A DNA stretch of 64,000 nucleotides from an uncultured Clostridia bacterium (GCA_947630065.1 CANRGE010000001.1:18840-82839); one strand, 5' to 3'; shown: positions 36,969 through 49,123, counted from the stretch's first letter. The notes: generated from the sequence alone by a model not told the origin. Translations and numbers: made by a program.

Positions 36969-38387
36969 TTATTCTATGTAAATGTCGCCATCTATTCTTG
37001 CACAGACCCAGCCACTTGGAATTTGTAGCCAATATTCTTTATCAGAAATCTTTTTAACTTCTAATGCAGTAACTTTAGTTCCTGTTTTTAATACCGCTTT
37101 AGTTTGGTTATAAGAATTTTTCTTGCCATCAGCTGTTAATTGACTTCTATCTTTCCAAGTATAAGAAGTTCCTGCTCCTGTTCTAACCTTTAAATCAACT
37201 AATAATTTATAAACTTTGCCTTTAGTATAAGGAGATTTCGTATTAGTTTCTTTTTTAGTTGTAGTATTATTTTTCGCTGTAAAGTCTTTATAAAAATAGC
37301 TCATGTCAACGCCGCTTGAAATTCCTTTAACCTTATAAACTGACGTAAATTGCCAACCATCATAATTACTAATATTTGGTTTTGTCTGAGCTGTGCCATT
37401 ATTAGTTCCATATTTTGCAACCCAAATACTATAATTTTTAATATCAGCATATGTGATTTTTGTATCAAACCATGATTCACTTGTATAAACGCCTGCTTTT
37501 AAACCTTTCTTCTCTATATATTTACAAAAAGCAACTGCGACTTTTGTTCTATCACTTTTAGAAATTTTATCAGCTCTTCCATTACCACTACCTTCGGTAC
37601 TTTCTTCTACATCAATATAAATTGGTAAAGAGGGCTTATAAGATTTTATTAAGTTATAAGCATATTTTGCTTCTTCTTCTCCCTCTGTAGCATTTTTAGC
37701 CTACGAAAGAAAATAAAATCCATAAGGAATTTTATTATCTACTAAACCTTTAATATGAGAATCAAACTTGTTATCTTTACATAAAGTTCCTGCCGTTCCC
37801 CAACCTCTATAACCAATTCTTATAATAGCTCCATCAATTTCTTTAGCTACTGCGGCGTAATCTACAGTGGTTTGCCATTCACTTATGTCAAGAATTTTAT
37901 AAGGACTTGATGAATTTTTGTTTGTTGATTTCTCTTTAGTTGATATTTTAATTCTACTTTGGTCTTTAGGTCTTAAAACACCTAAAACATGATTATAATT
38001 GTGTTTAATTTTTGTAGCTGGGTCATGATTCCCAGTCCAATTACAATCCCAAGAATTAAACCAAGTTGTGTCTCCTTCGCCTGAACAAATGGCTATATGA
38101 CCCCAACCGCCTTTAGATAAGGAACTTGACCATACCATTATATCTCCTTTCTACGGCACAAAATCAGGTGTATTGGCAATTCTTGTAAAGTTTTCTTTTA
38201 GCTAAGGAACATTATTAAAATTGTCGTAATAGTCATGAGCATCACCCCAAGCTCCAGGTTGTAAGCCAAACACTTCATTTAGATAATATTTTGCTAAATC
38301 AACACATTGACAACCTGCAACACCATCATAATCTAAAGCTTTTCCTTTGTGAGCTTCTATAAATTGTTTATAAGTATATTTTGCCAT
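36969..38387 (-). CDS. endolysin: CHAP + GH25 muramidase + SH3 (472 aa, 3 in-frame TAG)
   Basis: CHAP motifs GVAGCQCVDLAKYY and GGWGHIAI. GH25 motifs ILDISEWQ, GAIIRIGYRG and YGFYFLS. C-terminal SH3-like VRTGAGTSY...WLQIPSGWV. ORFs 38202-38387, 37701-38138 and 36969-37304 are in frame. Confidence 0.8.
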
Positions 38388-38389
38388 TT

Positions 38390-38950
38390 TTATTCACCCC
38401 TTAATGTGAACGAATATGAATCACCATTTTTTTGACATTTATAATATTTATTTTCTATTAAATCAAAAAATAATGAATTTATATCAGAATCTGTAAGTGT
38501 TAATTCTGTAGTGAAATCCTAAGAATTATAGAATTTATTTTCATGAAAATATCCTGTTCGCATTGGATATTTTTGTACCTTAAAAAACCATAATGGGAAG
38601 CCTGTTATAACTATGTGTTGAGTTGTTTTATTAAAATAAATTTTTCTTAATATTCCAAAATTATCTACATACAATTTACCTATATCTTCTTCTGGTATTT
38701 CAATACCAGAAGTGTCTGAAAAAACAAGAGAATTATAATCTTGATAATCTATCTCATCATTTTCACGATTTATTTGTGGAGATATCATATCTACTTTTTG
38801 TTGAATTATATAATTCTAAGGGTCATTAGTAAAATTCACATGAGTTACATAAAAACAATTATCTAAAAAATTTTTACAATTATTATAATTTACCGATTCA
38901 TCACTTTTTAAAGAATAGTTATTAGTTATATGACAAGCTGTAACATACAT
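38390..38950 (-). CDS. hypothetical protein (186 aa, 2 in-frame TAG)
   Basis: ATG at 38950 after AGGTGA. Joins MYVTACHITNNY...NDP(TAG)NYII... to track ORF 38519-38788 and on to TAA 38390. Confidence 0.45.
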
Positions 38951-38952
38951 TT

Positions 38953-40323
38953 TTATTCACCTATGGCTTCTGATAACCAACTTTTTGGAACTATTTTTGT
39001 AGTTTGAGTTAAATAATATTCTACTTCTGCTGGCGACATTTCTAATACTATTCCCGCTAACATTTTTCCTTTTAATGGTTCTGCATTATCTGAACGCTGT
39101 TGCCAATCCCAATCTTCTTCACCTGGGTCAAGAGGTTCTATGATTTTTCCATTTTTATCAAAAGCGACAGGAGTCATAAAACCTTCTATATAATTTGCCT
39201 TTTCACCATTAGGCACAACCTTTTCAACCCAAACAACTAAACCTATTATATAAGGCAACTCTTCAAAGACTACATCTAATTGTGGTGCAGCTTTATTATA
39301 TGATGCATAAGAATCAAGTTCAGTACTATCTTTATGAATATTAGTATATCCACCAAAAGCCCAATTCTAATAAAATAAACTACTAGAAAATGTTGAATAT
39401 GAACTTGACCTTGTTTTTATAAAAGCATTATTTGTTTTTACTTGATTTGTTAATATATCAGATATTTTTTTGTTATCTGCATAGCATTTATAATAATAAT
39501 AATTTTTTTCTTCAACTAAAGCCTAATCATGTAAATTTATATAATTAAAGTAAAAATATCCATCTGAGGAGGAGAAACTTGTCGAAGAATAAGGAATCTA
39601 ATGACTACATTTACCACCATCACCACTATCATTCATAGGCACAATAGCAGTATATAACCATGGAATCTTAATCCCCTCTATAGTAGGCTTATCACCTTTT
39701 AATACCTAAATCTTTTTTTCTAACTTACCATATAATGAGTCCTCTTTATACTTATCCCCATCTTTTAATGCCAATGAGTTTGCACTAATACACAAAACCT
39801 AACAAGCAACAATTTCATCTCTAACACTTTCAGTACTATAAACTCTCATTCCACCATTTAAGGGGATTTCTATGTCATTACTTACAACATCTAAAGTATT
39901 ATCAGAATTACTATTACCATTAGCATCTACTAACATTATAGCATTTTCTACAAATAAATCATTACTTATAGGTATTGTAACAACACCTTCTCCGTCTGGC
40001 TCTAACTAAACTTCGCCATCACTTAAATCCTAAAGAAACTTTTTAGCTTCTTCTTTATTCATACTATTCAAAATATTATCTATAAGCTTTCCTTTTAATA
40101 TCACATTTATCCCTCCTACTCCTTTTAAGAAGAAGGCAACATTTGATTTCATAAGCTCATCATAAAATTTTCTAAAAACAGAAGAGCTAATCTATTCAAC
40201 TTTTAATACCTCATCAGCACTTGTATATTTATCAATATCATTCAATTCTGAATCAGGTACAACCTCTATATGTTCTATGCCGCCAATGGCACAATCATTT
40301 ATAAATTCATCAATTGTTGGCAT
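38953..40323 (-). CDS. hypothetical protein (456 aa, about 9 in-frame TAG)
   Basis: ATG at 40323 after GGAGGGG. One frame interrupted only by TAG. C-terminus is track ORF 38953-39258. Confidence 0.45.
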
Positions 40324-40384
40324 ATAATCCCCTCCATCAATGACCTCTAACTTTAAGTAAAAATATTTTGTTAAAAATCTAATA

Positions 40385-40627
40385 TTACTACTACAATATT
40401 TTTAGAATTTCATCAATCTTTTCTTCTATTCTATCAATCTTTTCATCTTGATTTATTAAATGATTTTCAATTCTATCAGAAATAATATCTGCCGCTTTCT
40501 AAGAATTTTGTAGTATTTCATCTTTATCACTCTAAGTTAAATTTTCCTAATAGTTTAATAAACCTAAAATAAAAGATGCAACATTTATATTATAACTTAA
40601 TCGCTCCTATAATTCATTCAACTACAT
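40385..40627 (-). CDS. coiled-coil protein (80 aa, 8 in-frame TAG, including codon 2 and the last two codons)
   Basis: M(TAG)LNEL(TAG)ERLSYN...DRIEEKIDEILKIL(TAG)(TAG) then TAA. Family promoter upstream. Confidence 0.4.
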
Positions 40628-40643
40628 CACCACTTTTTATTTT

Positions 40644-40672
40644 ATTATACCACAATTTTCATAAAAAGTCAA
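40644..40672 (-). promoter_or_regulatory. sigma70-type promoter, family copy 16
   Basis: Minus strand: TTGACT, 17 nt, TATAAT. Confidence 0.55.
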
Positions 40673-40681
40673 AATATCAAA

Positions 40682-40708
40682 ATAAAAAGAGTAGGCAAAC
40701 CTACTCTT
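40682..40708 (-). terminator. rho-independent terminator after the PIN-PhoH gene
   Basis: 9-bp stem aagagtagg/cctactctt, loop caaa, T-run on the minus strand. Confidence 0.65.
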
Positions 40709-40715
40709 AAAAAAA

Positions 40716-41918
40716 TCAATTACCAGACAACTCATCTAAATAATCAGCTATTTGTGCTGTTTTAGACCTCTCTACTTTTGTAAGTCTAACTGTGGCAAAA
40801 TTTTCAGCATAAGGAGAATTAGCTAACTATAAAATACTCCTTAGACCATTTCTATTCTTAAATATATCTGAATCTATTTGCTATAAACTTCCATCAAAGA
40901 ATATTCTTGAATTTTTTCCAACTCTACCTATTAAAAGTTTAACATGATTTTCGTCCAAATTCTATGCTTCATTAACTAAAATAATTGAATTATCAAAATT
41001 TCTTCCTCTCATATAAGCAATAGGCACAATTTCTAAACGCCCATCTTGCATTAGTCGTACAACTTCATCAATTCCAATTAAATCAACTAAAGTTCCAATC
41101 ATTGGTGTAATTTTTTCAAAACTTGTACCAGGCAAGAACCCTAATTCCATAGAATTTTTTACATAGTTATTATTAGGTATATAAACAATTTTATTTATTT
41201 CATCATTATATAACGATTCTAAAGCTAAATTATTAACTAAAAAAGATTTTCCCACTCCTTGTGCGCCGCCAGCGTAAAGAATTGTTACATTAGGATTATG
41301 AAGGGCATCAAATAAGCATCTTTGTTCTGGATTTTTGGGTGTAATTTTTGTAATCCATTTATTTCTAATAGAACCAAATCCAACTTCTTCTAATTTTCCT
41401 TTTCTGTAAACATAAATTTTAATAACTTCACCATCTGGGTCTTTAACAATTAAATATTGATTCTCAACCATTGAAAACTAAGGCGGCAAAACATTGTTTT
41501 CTAATAATTCTTGTAAGCTATTAGAATACATATCTAAAACGTCCCAATAAAGAACACCTGTATAAACTTCATCATTACCATATCCAGAAGTTCTTATATT
41601 ATTAGCAGTAGCCTTAACTTTCAAGTAAACATCATTTGTTATAAGTTCACCCGCATAGCTTTTAGTTAATTCAATTAACTTATCATCAACTTTCTTATTT
41701 TCATTATCAAGAGAAAGATTAAAAATTATATTAGTTAAATTTCTTGATATAGCTATTGCCGCTCTCCGCGCCTTAAAAGCAATTTCTGGATTTTGATTAA
41801 GTTTTAAGCCATCTAATTCTTTAAGAACATCTCCCGCTATAATAAGGTCAGGTTCTTTAGACAGAATTTGTGGATAATCTAATAAAATACAAGAATCAAC
41901 TATTTTGAATTTACTCAT
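40716..41918 (-). CDS. phoH: PIN-domain + PhoH-like ATPase (400 aa, 4 in-frame TAG)
   Basis: ORFs 41478-41918 (PIN-like) and 40962-41471 (GGAQGVGKSF Walker A, GFLPG, AYMRGRNF) are in frame across a TAG. ILVNEA(TAG)NL matches the canonical DEAQN. Continues GSL(TAG)QIDS to TGA 40716. Confidence 0.8.
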
Positions 41919-41931
41919 TATTCACACTCCT

Positions 41932-41960
41932 AAAAAATAAGAGAGGGGAGTTCCCCTCTC
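41932..41960 (-). terminator. rho-independent terminator
   Basis: GC-rich stem gagagggg/cccctctc, T6 run on the minus strand. Confidence 0.65.
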
Positions 41961-41963
41961 TCC

Positions 41964-42938
41964 TTAAAGTAATTCCTTTATCTCGCCGAGAACTCGGTTA
42001 ATGGCTTCAACCTCATTTTTAGGAATTTCTGAAAATTTAATCTTTTTACCAAATTCCTTTTCCAAAATTGCTTGTGCCTTTTCTATTTGTCCTTTTTCAT
42101 ATATTTTATTCCAAACTATAGCGGCGTCTTCCATTAAATCTTCATAATTTAATTGATAATATGGATTAGACTCATTTGTTCCTTCACCGCCGCCCTTATG
42201 TTTAATCTCTTCATCAATAGCATTGTAAATTGCATTGATAAGATTATCATAAGATAATTCAACTCTTGGCTCTATATATGCAAATCGAGAACCAGCTTGG
42301 AAACGACTATCTCCCCTAAAATATAAATAACGTTTCTGAACAGTTCCTTCTCCTTCTTGTATTTCTACTTGTCTTAAATAAGCTATTATATCAACAAGTT
42401 TATTGATTATGCCCAAAGGTCGTTCAGGCAATGCTGGAGCTATTTGTACATATTCTTGTCCTTTATCATTAACAAGTGTTTTTTCTTTTGCATGAGAAAT
42501 AAAGAATAGTCCATAGCCAGAAAAAGCCAATTCTCTAAAGGTAGAAGAAAATTCATCATCTAATAATTTATAGCCGCCACCAAAAGGTATATCTTTTATA
42601 GCTTCAATTCCATTTTGTTCACAAACGAATTTTTCACAAAGCTTATAAGCTTCATCTACTGTATCAATTGTGATAATACGAATTTTGCTATCTAACTTAT
42701 CTTTATTCTAAACTAATTGGCGTACTACTTTTTTCCAATCCTGCCATTTAACTATAGGCTGTACTAATACATTATGTAAAGCATTTGTACCCTGCTCAAA
42801 ACTACAGATTAAACCCTTATCTATCTAACTTGCAAGTGTAGTTTTCCCCGTTTTTACATTTCCATATACAAGACAAAATTTTCCTTTTAAATCTTTACTA
42901 ATCTTTTGTGGTTCAAGAGTAAGTAAATCTATAGCCAT
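41964..42938 (-). CDS. Sak4-like / AAA_24 RecA-fold ATPase (324 aa, 2 in-frame TAG)
   Basis: MAIDLLTLEPQKISKDLKGKFCLVYGNVKTGKTTLAS(TAG)IDKG... (Walker A) joins track ORF 41964-42530. GGAGGA RBS. Confidence 0.65.
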
Positions 42939-43000
42939 TTAATGTTCCTCCTATAATAGATATTTTATTATAATAAACCGCACAAAGGCGGCTTATTACA

Positions 43001-43900
43001 TTAAAAATCATCAAAAGTGGTACTTGGACGATTTGTAGTAGAGGGCTTATTTTTATTTTTACCCATTTCACGAATCTCTTCTATTTTCTTAGTTCTATCT
43101 TTAAGCAAAAGCTTTATAGAATCTGCATCATAGCTAAGTGCTTCATCTGCGCCGCAGGGTGAACCACCCGTAATATAGAGTTCACGTCTTGATTCCGTTT
43201 TATGTCTTTTTATAGGTTCACCAAAACCTTGCTCTTCTTCCCATTCAACAACCTTGTAAGAATAAATTACTCTACCAGTTGCTATAACAGTGTCGCCCTG
43301 ATTCCAGTTATTTTCAAAAAACGTTTTTCTTGAACCCTCTGCTATTAACTCAACAACATTAGGCGTACCACCCCAGCCAACAACGACTAAAGAAATTTTC
43401 ATACGTCCAGTTTCTTCACCATTCTTGTCAACTTCATCAATCATTTTAGCAACTACACCTTGAATTTTAAAAACTGCAAGTTCTTCCTCTTCAGGTCTTT
43501 TCTTATTCAAAAAAGATGCTAAGAATTGAGTAGAAGAGATTACATCATTGATTCTATCACTGTACCAATTATTTTCTCTTACCTTAGCTATTACACTAAC
43601 ATATGACGCACTTTTAGCATCGTCCGCGGCTCTTACAGAGGTAAAAATATCCTTATATCCCAAAATTCTGTCATATCTGGGATTAAGAGTATTATCATTC
43701 TTATATCTAAAAGCTATCATTTTTACTGGAATTTCGCTTTCAACTACTTTTCCGTCAATTTCTTGGTCTACCTGAATCTTCGCTGTACCATGAACATATG
43801 GTTTACCATCTCTTGTAGTAGACTCTACTATATCAAGCTCATTTAACAATCCGTTTATAATTATTTCATTGTGACACTCATCTTTTTTTACATCTAACAT
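43001..43900 (-). CDS. single-stranded DNA-binding protein-like
   Basis: About 299 aa, with a C-terminal tail ...NKPSTTNRPSTTFDDF resembling the acidic/aromatic SSB tip. Sits in the recombination/replication neighbourhood. Preferred ATG at 43900. Confidence 0.45.
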   Translation of the reverse strand: MLDVKKDECHNEIIINGLLNELDIVESTTRDGKPYVHGTAKIQVDQEIDGKVVESEIPVKMIAFRYKNDNTLNPRYDRILGYKDIFTSVRAADDAKSASYVSVIAKVRENNWYSDRINDVISSTQFLASFLNKKRPEEEELAVFKIQGVVAKMIDEVDKNGEETGRMKISLVVVGWGGTPNVVELIAEGSRKTFFENNWNQGDTVIATGRVIYSYKVVEWEEEQGFGEPIKRHKTESRRELYITGGSPCGADEALSYDADSIKLLLKDRTKKIEEIREMGKNKNKPSTTNRPSTTFDDF

Positions 43901-43995
43901 AAGCAAAATTCCTCCAAAAATTTAAAATCAAAATTAAAAGAGTTAAGAATAGGCAAGTTAAACTTGCCTATTTAACTCAAAATTTAGTTTAGTAA

Positions 43996-44241
43996 TTACT
44001 CTGCATCAGGATTATAATTTACACCCTCATCAGTCAAAGCAAAATACTTAATTTCATTACCATCTGCATCAGCCTCAGTAAATCTTACTGCATAGCCTTT
44101 GCCTTCAAGACTTCTCAAAGAACCTACTATAGCTATGGGCTTTTCAATGCCGAGAGCTTTCTGAAGTTCCTTGATTGTAAACTTTGTTCCTGCACCAGCT
44201 TCTTTAAGATAATTCAACACTTTACGACTATTTTCACTCAT
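43996..44241 (-). CDS. small winged-helix-like DNA-binding protein
   Basis: 81-aa ORF: FTIKELQKALGIEKPIAIVGSLRSLEGKGYAV. Confidence 0.45.
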   Translation of the reverse strand: MSENSRKVLNYLKEAGAGTKFTIKELQKALGIEKPIAIVGSLRSLEGKGYAVRFTEADADGNEIKYFALTDEGVNYNPDAE

Positions 44242-44332
44242 TAAAAATCCACTCCTGTATAATTTTATTTTTTATATATTTTAATAAAACAAAAGATAAC
44301 TGGTCTTATGTTTTATTTTTTTCTATATTTAT

Positions 44333-44361
44333 ATTATATCACTATTTAATGATAAAGTCAA
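44333..44361 (-). promoter_or_regulatory. sigma70-type promoter, family copy 17
   Basis: Minus strand: TTGACT, 17 nt, TGaTATAAT. Confidence 0.6.
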
Positions 44362-44365
44362 ATAC

Positions 44366-44788
44366 TCATTTTGAACTTTCTGATAATTTTTTAATAAAGT
44401 CTTTTACCTCTTCTAAACGTTTAGTAAAATTATCAATGTCTTTTTCCAAAACTCCCATAATAAAGATTAGAGAAGCTACTATTAGGTTGACTTCAAAGAG
44501 TGACAAATTAAAGTCATTATCTATTAACTTGCGTCTAACTTTTTCAAACTTTTGAGCTTCATCTTTAAAACCTTTAATAAAAGTTTCTATTTTTATATCA
44601 GGTGTTAAACCCTCTTTTAAATTACCATTTTCATCAAAATAATTATCTACTAAATTATAAATGCTATCCAAATAAGAGTTAAGTGACTTTATAAAAAATT
44701 CTTTATTTTCCTTTATTATTTCAATTTTATCATTATAACTTTTAATATAATAACTTTTAATATATTTTTCATCTTCTTTAATAATCAT
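44366..44788 (-). CDS. hypothetical protein
   Basis: Intact 140-aa ORF, AAGGAGGA RBS, TGA stop. Confidence 0.5.
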   Translation of the reverse strand: MIIKEDEKYIKSYYIKSYNDKIEIIKENKEFFIKSLNSYLDSIYNLVDNYFDENGNLKEGLTPDIKIETFIKGFKDEAQKFEKVRRKLIDNDFNLSLFEVNLIVASLIFIMGVLEKDIDNFTKRLEEVKDFIKKLSESSK

Positions 44789-44797
44789 AGTTCCTCC

Positions 44798-47197
44798 TTA
44801 ACTGTTATTTTCCATAACTAAACCTATGACCTTTTCATTTTCTTTTAAATCAACACCTTTTACGCCCATTGCAGTGCGAGAAAGTAATCTTAATTCATTT
44901 GTGCTGATTTTTATTGCTTTTTTATTCACTGATATTATTATATCATAGTCTTTTTCCAAAATCAAATAATCAACAATTTTATCATTTTCTTTTACTTCTG
45001 AAATTTTCTTACCTTTTGTTCCTCGATTTGCTACTGGTAAATCAGTAATTGAACTCTTTTTTATTATTCCTTGCTCACTGATAGTTATTAAATAATTACT
45101 ATTATTGGGAACGGCGTAAGCTTTAATAACATAGTCATCATCATTAAGATTTATTCCTTTAACTCCCATTGATATACGACCAATACTATTGATTTCAGTT
45201 GTTTTTACTCTAAGAAAATTGCCATTATTAGTTAAAATAGTTAAATCCTCATCATTTATAAATAAAACCTTTATAACTTCATCATTCTCTTTTAAGTTAA
45301 TAGCTCTTAAACTTTTTCCTTTTCTAATATTATATTCTGATACATCTGACTTTTTTATTATACCATTCTTTGTAATGAAAATCAAATATTTAAAAGCATT
45401 TTTGTTTTGAATAGTAGTTAATGCTGTAAGTTTTTCTTGTGCCGAAAAATTAAAAATTTGATTAGCATTAACTTTTGTATTTAATGGTAAATCATCTGTT
45501 GAGACAACACTCATTATTCCTTTATTAGAGAAAGCAAGCAATGAACTATAATTATTATCTCTTAATGTTTGAACTATAAACTCATTAGCTTCACTTTTTA
45601 TTTTTGTGCCTTTTGCACCACGGCGCGAACGAATTAAAGTATTAGATTCAGTAGTATAAATGTTATTAAAATTAGTATAGTTAATTAAAAGCTCTTTTTT
45701 TTCAATTGACTCTGAATCTTCATTTTCAGAAGTAAAATCAAGACTTATATTTTTTGTGCGCCGACTATCACCATATTCATTTTTAATGTTAATAACGTCT
45801 TGAATCATGGCTTGTTTTATATTTTCTTCACTCGATAGTATTTTTTTAATACTATTAGCTTTTGTAGTTTTTTCTTCTGCCTCTTTTTTAATTTTATCAA
45901 CCTCTAAATGTGATAAACTTGATAATCTTAATTTTAATATATAATCAACTTGACTTTCAGAAAAACTATATTTTTTCATTAAAGTTTCTCTTGCCAATGT
46001 TATAGAATCAGAATAACGAATAATTTTTATAATATCATTTAAATTATCATAAACAGTAATTAGTCCTTCGAGTATGTGAAGTCTTTCTAATAAAATTTTT
46101 AAATCATAATTATAAGCTTTAACACTAATTTCTCTAAGGAAATCAACATAAGTTTGCATGGCTTCTTTCCAAGTAAATAATTTTGGATTTTTTCCATTTT
46201 CAAGCATATTCATATTTATAGGATAAAAGCTTTGTAGAGCTGTATGTTTATAAAGCATTTTAGTAACTCTATTAACATTCACACCTTTTGATAATTGAAT
46301 ATAAATTTTACAACCCTCAAAATCTGTACCGTCAATAACATTGTCAATTCCAGTTATGAGTTCTTCATCAATTGCCTTAGCTATAGAAGCAACAATAGTA
46401 TTAGTAAAAGTCATATAAGGAATTTCTCTTACTATCAATTCATTTTTATCACCATTATAATCAATTGTTGCTCTTACTAATGCCGCTTTACCATTACCAT
46501 TTTTTAATGATTCTTTAACTTCATTTTCATTTATTATTGTACCACCAGTTGGAAAATCTATAGGACAATAAATTTCTTCAAAATCTATATCAGGATTTTT
46601 TATCAGTTTAATTACAGCATCACATACATCATTCAAATTATGTGGCGGCAAACTTGAAGAACAAGCAACTCCTATCCCATATGAACCATTTACAAGAGCG
46701 TATGGAAATTTAGATGGGAGAACTGTTGGATACAATTCTTCTCCCGTATAATTAAGTTTCCAATCATCAATTGTTTCTTTATCCAATAAATGCGTCATGT
46801 CATAGGCAATTTTGTTTCCTTGCATTTCAAGATAACGAGATTGAGAATAATCATCACCTGATAATACAGAGCCATTATTACCTTGTACTGATATAACTGG
46901 ATAACGCAAAGAAAAATTTTGTGACATTCTAACAGCTGTCCCTAAAATAGAACTATCACCATGAACACTAAAACGCATTGCGGCATTTACAGTTGAAACA
47001 GCTTTTCTTCTTTTATCTTTATAAGTTAGTTTATCCTTATATTGACTAAAAAGAATAAAACGCGCACCAGTTTTTAAACCATCTCTTGCATCGGGTAATG
47101 CACGTGTTTGAATTACATAAGAAGCATAAGGAACATAAAAAGATTGTAATGCTTCACTAACTTCTATTTTATCTTTATCAAATTGAATTTCTGCCAT
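44798..47197 (-). CDS. gyrA: type IIA topoisomerase subunit A (GyrA/ParC-like)
   Basis: 799 aa. RALPDARDGLKTGARFILF, SVHGDSSILGTAVRMSQNFS and YPVISVQGNNGS motifs, with a C-terminal beta-pinwheel-like repeat region. No TAG in about 800 codons. Confidence 0.85.
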   Translation of the reverse strand: MAEIQFDKDKIEVSEALQSFYVPYASYVIQTRALPDARDGLKTGARFILFSQYKDKLTYKDKRRKAVSTVNAAMRFSVHGDSSILGTAVRMSQNFSLRYPVISVQGNNGSVLSGDDYSQSRYLEMQGNKIAYDMTHLLDKETIDDWKLNYTGEELYPTVLPSKFPYALVNGSYGIGVACSSSLPPHNLNDVCDAVIKLIKNPDIDFEEIYCPIDFPTGGTIINENEVKESLKNGNGKAALVRATIDYNGDKNELIVREIPYMTFTNTIVASIAKAIDEELITGIDNVIDGTDFEGCKIYIQLSKGVNVNRVTKMLYKHTALQSFYPINMNMLENGKNPKLFTWKEAMQTYVDFLREISVKAYNYDLKILLERLHILEGLITVYDNLNDIIKIIRYSDSITLARETLMKKYSFSESQVDYILKLRLSSLSHLEVDKIKKEAEEKTTKANSIKKILSSEENIKQAMIQDVINIKNEYGDSRRTKNISLDFTSENEDSESIEKKELLINYTNFNNIYTTESNTLIRSRRGAKGTKIKSEANEFIVQTLRDNNYSSLLAFSNKGIMSVVSTDDLPLNTKVNANQIFNFSAQEKLTALTTIQNKNAFKYLIFITKNGIIKKSDVSEYNIRKGKSLRAINLKENDEVIKVLFINDEDLTILTNNGNFLRVKTTEINSIGRISMGVKGINLNDDDYVIKAYAVPNNSNYLITISEQGIIKKSSITDLPVANRGTKGKKISEVKENDKIVDYLILEKDYDIIISVNKKAIKISTNELRLLSRTAMGVKGVDLKENEKVIGLVMENNS

Positions 47198-47200
47198 TTA

Positions 47201-49045
47201 TTAGTCCTCCAAATTATCAAAGTCTGCATTAGCAAATACATATTTTCTTCTTTCCTCAATGTTTGTTCCAAGCAGAATATCAAAATATTCCGCTGCGGCA
47301 TTACCATCTTCCATTGTCATTTGAACCATACGAGCATTTTCAGAAAATATAGTTTGTCTGAAATCTGATGGTTGAGATTCACCTAATCCCTTAAATCTTG
47401 TAACATCACCTTTTGGCAATTTTTTAAATTCTTCATCATTATAAGCAAAATAGGTTTTTCCTTTTGATACTACCTTAAATAATGGTGTTACACCCCAATA
47501 TATTTTTCCAGCTTTTAAAAGTTGTGGATAAAAAGTATAAAAAAATGTTAAAATTAAGCAAGCTATTGCATAGCCATCTTTATCCATATCACACATTATA
47601 ACTATTTTACCGTATCTCAATTTATTTATATTAAATCTTTCACCTATTCCACAGCCTAAAGCAATATGAAGTTGAGTAATTTCTTCATTCTTCACAATTT
47701 TTTCATCATTATTTTTAAGAGTGTTAATCAATTTTCCTCTTAAATCAAAACAAGCCGTTGTATCACTATTACGAGCTTTTACTAATGCACCTTTAGCAGA
47801 CTTACCCTCACAAATCATCAATTGACTTTTTTCATTATGATAACGACAATCAACTAATTTTGTAGCCAACAAAACTTTCTTCCTTGAAGCATTATCAATT
47901 TCTTTATTTTGAGCAAGTTCAGCTTCTCTTGCTTTATCTGCCGCTTTTTCAGCTCTTTGAAAGCGTCTAATAATATTAGCTATAGTTTCAAATTCAGCTG
48001 TATAGCTAAATTGTTCCAAACATTCTTTTGTAGCTTGACTTGCTAATGTTCTTAAATTTGTATTATTTATACGATTTTTTGTCTGCCCCTCAAAACTTGG
48101 ATTAGCTACTTTACAATTTACAACATAACATAATCCTTTTCTAAAAATTTCAGGTTCTATATTTTTATCAATAAGCCGTTTTAATGTATTAGTTATACTT
48201 GTTTTGATCCCAGTAATGGGTGCGCCACCCTCATTACAAAAACCACCGTTAACAAAGCAAAAAGATTGTTCCTTTTCTTCCGTCCAAATTAAAGCAACTT
48301 CAACTTCATCTGTTCCATCAGATTTGGTAGTCATAATAGGTTTACTTAATAAAGGCTTTTTTATTTTATTTACAATAAAATCAGCAATTCCGTTTTCTGA
48401 ATAAAAGGTTTTAGTTTGTGAATTATTAGAATTGATAACTTCAAATTGAACGCCACTATTTAAATATGAAATATTTTCTACTTCTTCACAAATTCTTTTA
48501 TAAGTTAATGGTTTTTCTGCATCTTTAAAAACCTCTTTTGAGGGGCTATAAGTTATGAGTGTTCCATTTGGCTCTTTTGTTTCTTTTTCTTCGTATGAAG
48601 TATTATCACCCTCTTCAAATTTTGCTATTGCAACAATGCCATCACGATAACTTTTTACTATGAAGAATGAGGCTGATAAACAAGTAGCACTTGAACCTAT
48701 TCCATTTGTTCCCACTGATTGAGCATAAGCCTTATGATTAAATTTCCCACCAGTATGAGGTTTTGAAAAGATTGACACTAAAACATTTTCACCATCTTCT
48801 CTAAAACCAAAAGGAACAGAACGTCCAAAATCTCTTACACTAAATTTTTGATTTTGTTCATCAACAGTTATAATGATTTTTTTTCCAAAACCAGCATGAG
48901 ATTCATCTGTTGAATTGTTAATTATTTCTTTTAATCCTTGCCAAAGTCCTTCCGTGGTTGAACTACCTAAATACATTTGTATTCTTTGCCGAACTCCCTC
49001 TTTGAAAGATAAACTTTCTATTGAATTTATATCGTAATTGTCCAT
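47201..49045 (-). CDS. gyrB: type IIA topoisomerase subunit B (GyrB/ParE-like)
   Basis: GHKL ATPase region (EIINNSTDE, GRSVPFG, GGKF...GTNGIGSS), Toprim region (LMICEGKSAKG, IVIMCDMDKDG), and FKGLGES. No TAG. Confidence 0.85.
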   Translation of the reverse strand: MDNYDINSIESLSFKEGVRQRIQMYLGSSTTEGLWQGLKEIINNSTDESHAGFGKKIIITVDEQNQKFSVRDFGRSVPFGFREDGENVLVSIFSKPHTGGKFNHKAYAQSVGTNGIGSSATCLSASFFIVKSYRDGIVAIAKFEEGDNTSYEEKETKEPNGTLITYSPSKEVFKDAEKPLTYKRICEEVENISYLNSGVQFEVINSNNSQTKTFYSENGIADFIVNKIKKPLLSKPIMTTKSDGTDEVEVALIWTEEKEQSFCFVNGGFCNEGGAPITGIKTSITNTLKRLIDKNIEPEIFRKGLCYVVNCKVANPSFEGQTKNRINNTNLRTLASQATKECLEQFSYTAEFETIANIIRRFQRAEKAADKAREAELAQNKEIDNASRKKVLLATKLVDCRYHNEKSQLMICEGKSAKGALVKARNSDTTACFDLRGKLINTLKNNDEKIVKNEEITQLHIALGCGIGERFNINKLRYGKIVIMCDMDKDGYAIACLILTFFYTFYPQLLKAGKIYWGVTPLFKVVSKGKTYFAYNDEEFKKLPKGDVTRFKGLGESQPSDFRQTIFSENARMVQMTMEDGNAAAEYFDILLGTNIEERRKYVFANADFDNLED

Positions 49046-49075
49046 CAAATACCCCCTTATTTTTTCTTCTATTCT

Positions 49076-49104
49076 ATTATATCATAAAAAAGAAAAAAAG
49101 TCAA
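49076..49104 (-). promoter_or_regulatory. sigma70-type promoter, family copy 18 (gyrB-gyrA)
   Basis: Minus strand: TTGACT, 17 nt, TGaTATAAT. Confidence 0.6.
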
Positions 49105-49123
49105 AAGTTTTACACTTTTGATC

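Noticed and set aside
43001-43906. Using the track start (TTG 43906) for the SSB-like gene and TTG 49048 for gyrB.
   Set aside because: In both cases the TTG is only 3 nt from the GGAGG/AGGGGG box, while an ATG 6 or 3 nt further downstream has normal spacing.
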